A stretch of 64,000 nucleotides of DNA from Pirellulales bacterium (GTDB lineage: Bacteria; Planctomycetota; Planctomycetia; Pirellulales; PALSA-1355). The number at the start of each line of letters is the position of its first letter. Position 1 is the stretch's first letter. Where the stretch lies: contig CAVTBU010000007.1 in assembly GCA_963733035.1 (NCBI GenBank), forward strand, positions 320,001 through 384,000, read 5' to 3'. The notes under the pieces are model-generated. The model saw only the letters and a program-made list of their open reading frames with translations. It was not told the DNA's origin and made no database searches. Made by a program: the position numbers and the translations under genes. Of the stretch, positions 63,524 through 64,000 are shown one piece after another.

Positions 63524-63832
63524 TCACGTCCCAAACCTGTTGAATGCGACCGCCATGACGACCGTTGAGGATACGATGGTGCCAATCAAAGCGATCAGAA
63601 CCGCAGTCGCTACTCTTCCAACAGAATCCTGCGGCAGACAATTGCATAACCATGTGACCATGAAATAGCCGCAAAAGGCTACCAACGGCGGAATATAGAA
63701 AACGACAACGTCCGAGTCAAACAATGAGGACACGTGGATTGTTCTCAAATAATACAACAACACTCCTGCAACAATATGAGCACTTCCGATCAAGACAAAT
63801 CGCGCTAGAAAATACAGCATGTTACTTTTCAT
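63524..63832 (-). CDS. Low-GC three-TM hypothetical protein
   Basis: Hydrophobic ORF with AT-rich codons. Confidence 0.55.
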   Translation of the reverse strand: MKSNMLYFLARFVLIGSAHIVAGVLLYYLRTIHVSSLFDSDVVVFYIPPLVAFCGYFMVTWLCNCLPQDSVGRVATAVLIALIGTIVSSTVVMAVAFNRFGT

Positions 63833-63851
63833 CAATGTGGGTAGGCATCGC

Positions 63852-63998
63852 TTAATTAGTCGGGGTTCCATTCTTTGCTTTCGCCTCCTTTTCGAGCTCT
63901 TTCGCGCGCTCCAGTAGGCTCCGTGCTTCGGTCTTGCAAGTGTTCCATGGCCGCCAACCGTGTTCGTTCTCCTTGATGTTCATTTCCTTGAATGCCTG
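63852..63998 (-). CDS. 3' end of an unknown protein (partial)
   Basis: Own translation QAFKEMNIKENEHGWRPWNTCKTEARSLLERAKELEKEAKAKNGTPTN*. Confidence 0.5.
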   Translation of the reverse strand, partial: QAFKEMNIKENEHGWRPWNTCKTEARSLLERAKELEKEAKAKNGTPTN

Positions 63999-64000
63999 TT

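Overview
A GC-rich bacterial chromosomal segment. Gene content (DUF1583-like giant protein, DUF11 lipoprotein, MoxR/VWA operon, RAYT) suggests a Planctomycete, probably Pirellulales-like; this is inference. Left to right: (1) 1-14 kb: beta-propeller tail, HemN-like radical SAM, orphan GcvH-like protein and ferredoxin-domain protein; a sugar block (PPi-PFK, HAD, gnd, SDR); a terpenoid operon (class II SHC-like cyclase, DUF116-polyprenyl synthase fusion, chorismate-lyase-like protein) divergent from a second radical SAM gene. (2) 14-34 kb: a MoxR-DUF58-BatA/VWA-VWA-coiled-coil operon divergent from a ~3,780-aa secreted TPR protein with a duplicated C-terminal module. (3) 34-42 kb: hydrolases, DUF420 and leuA, which has a complete Leu-leader-peptide attenuator. 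(4) 42-58 kb: uncharacterised envelope lipoproteins, pdxA, ZIP transporter, dtd, cvpA, a dif-like 28-mer, accA and a Ser/Thr kinase. (5) 58-64 kb: a mobile hotspot where a RAYT cassette bounded by inverted repeats was hit first by an IS5-family element and then by an IS3 element, next to a truncated sulfatase-maturase gene. About nine 1-2 nt frameshifts in otherwise intact genes look like sequencing errors. No rRNA, tRNA or CRISPR array was seen.
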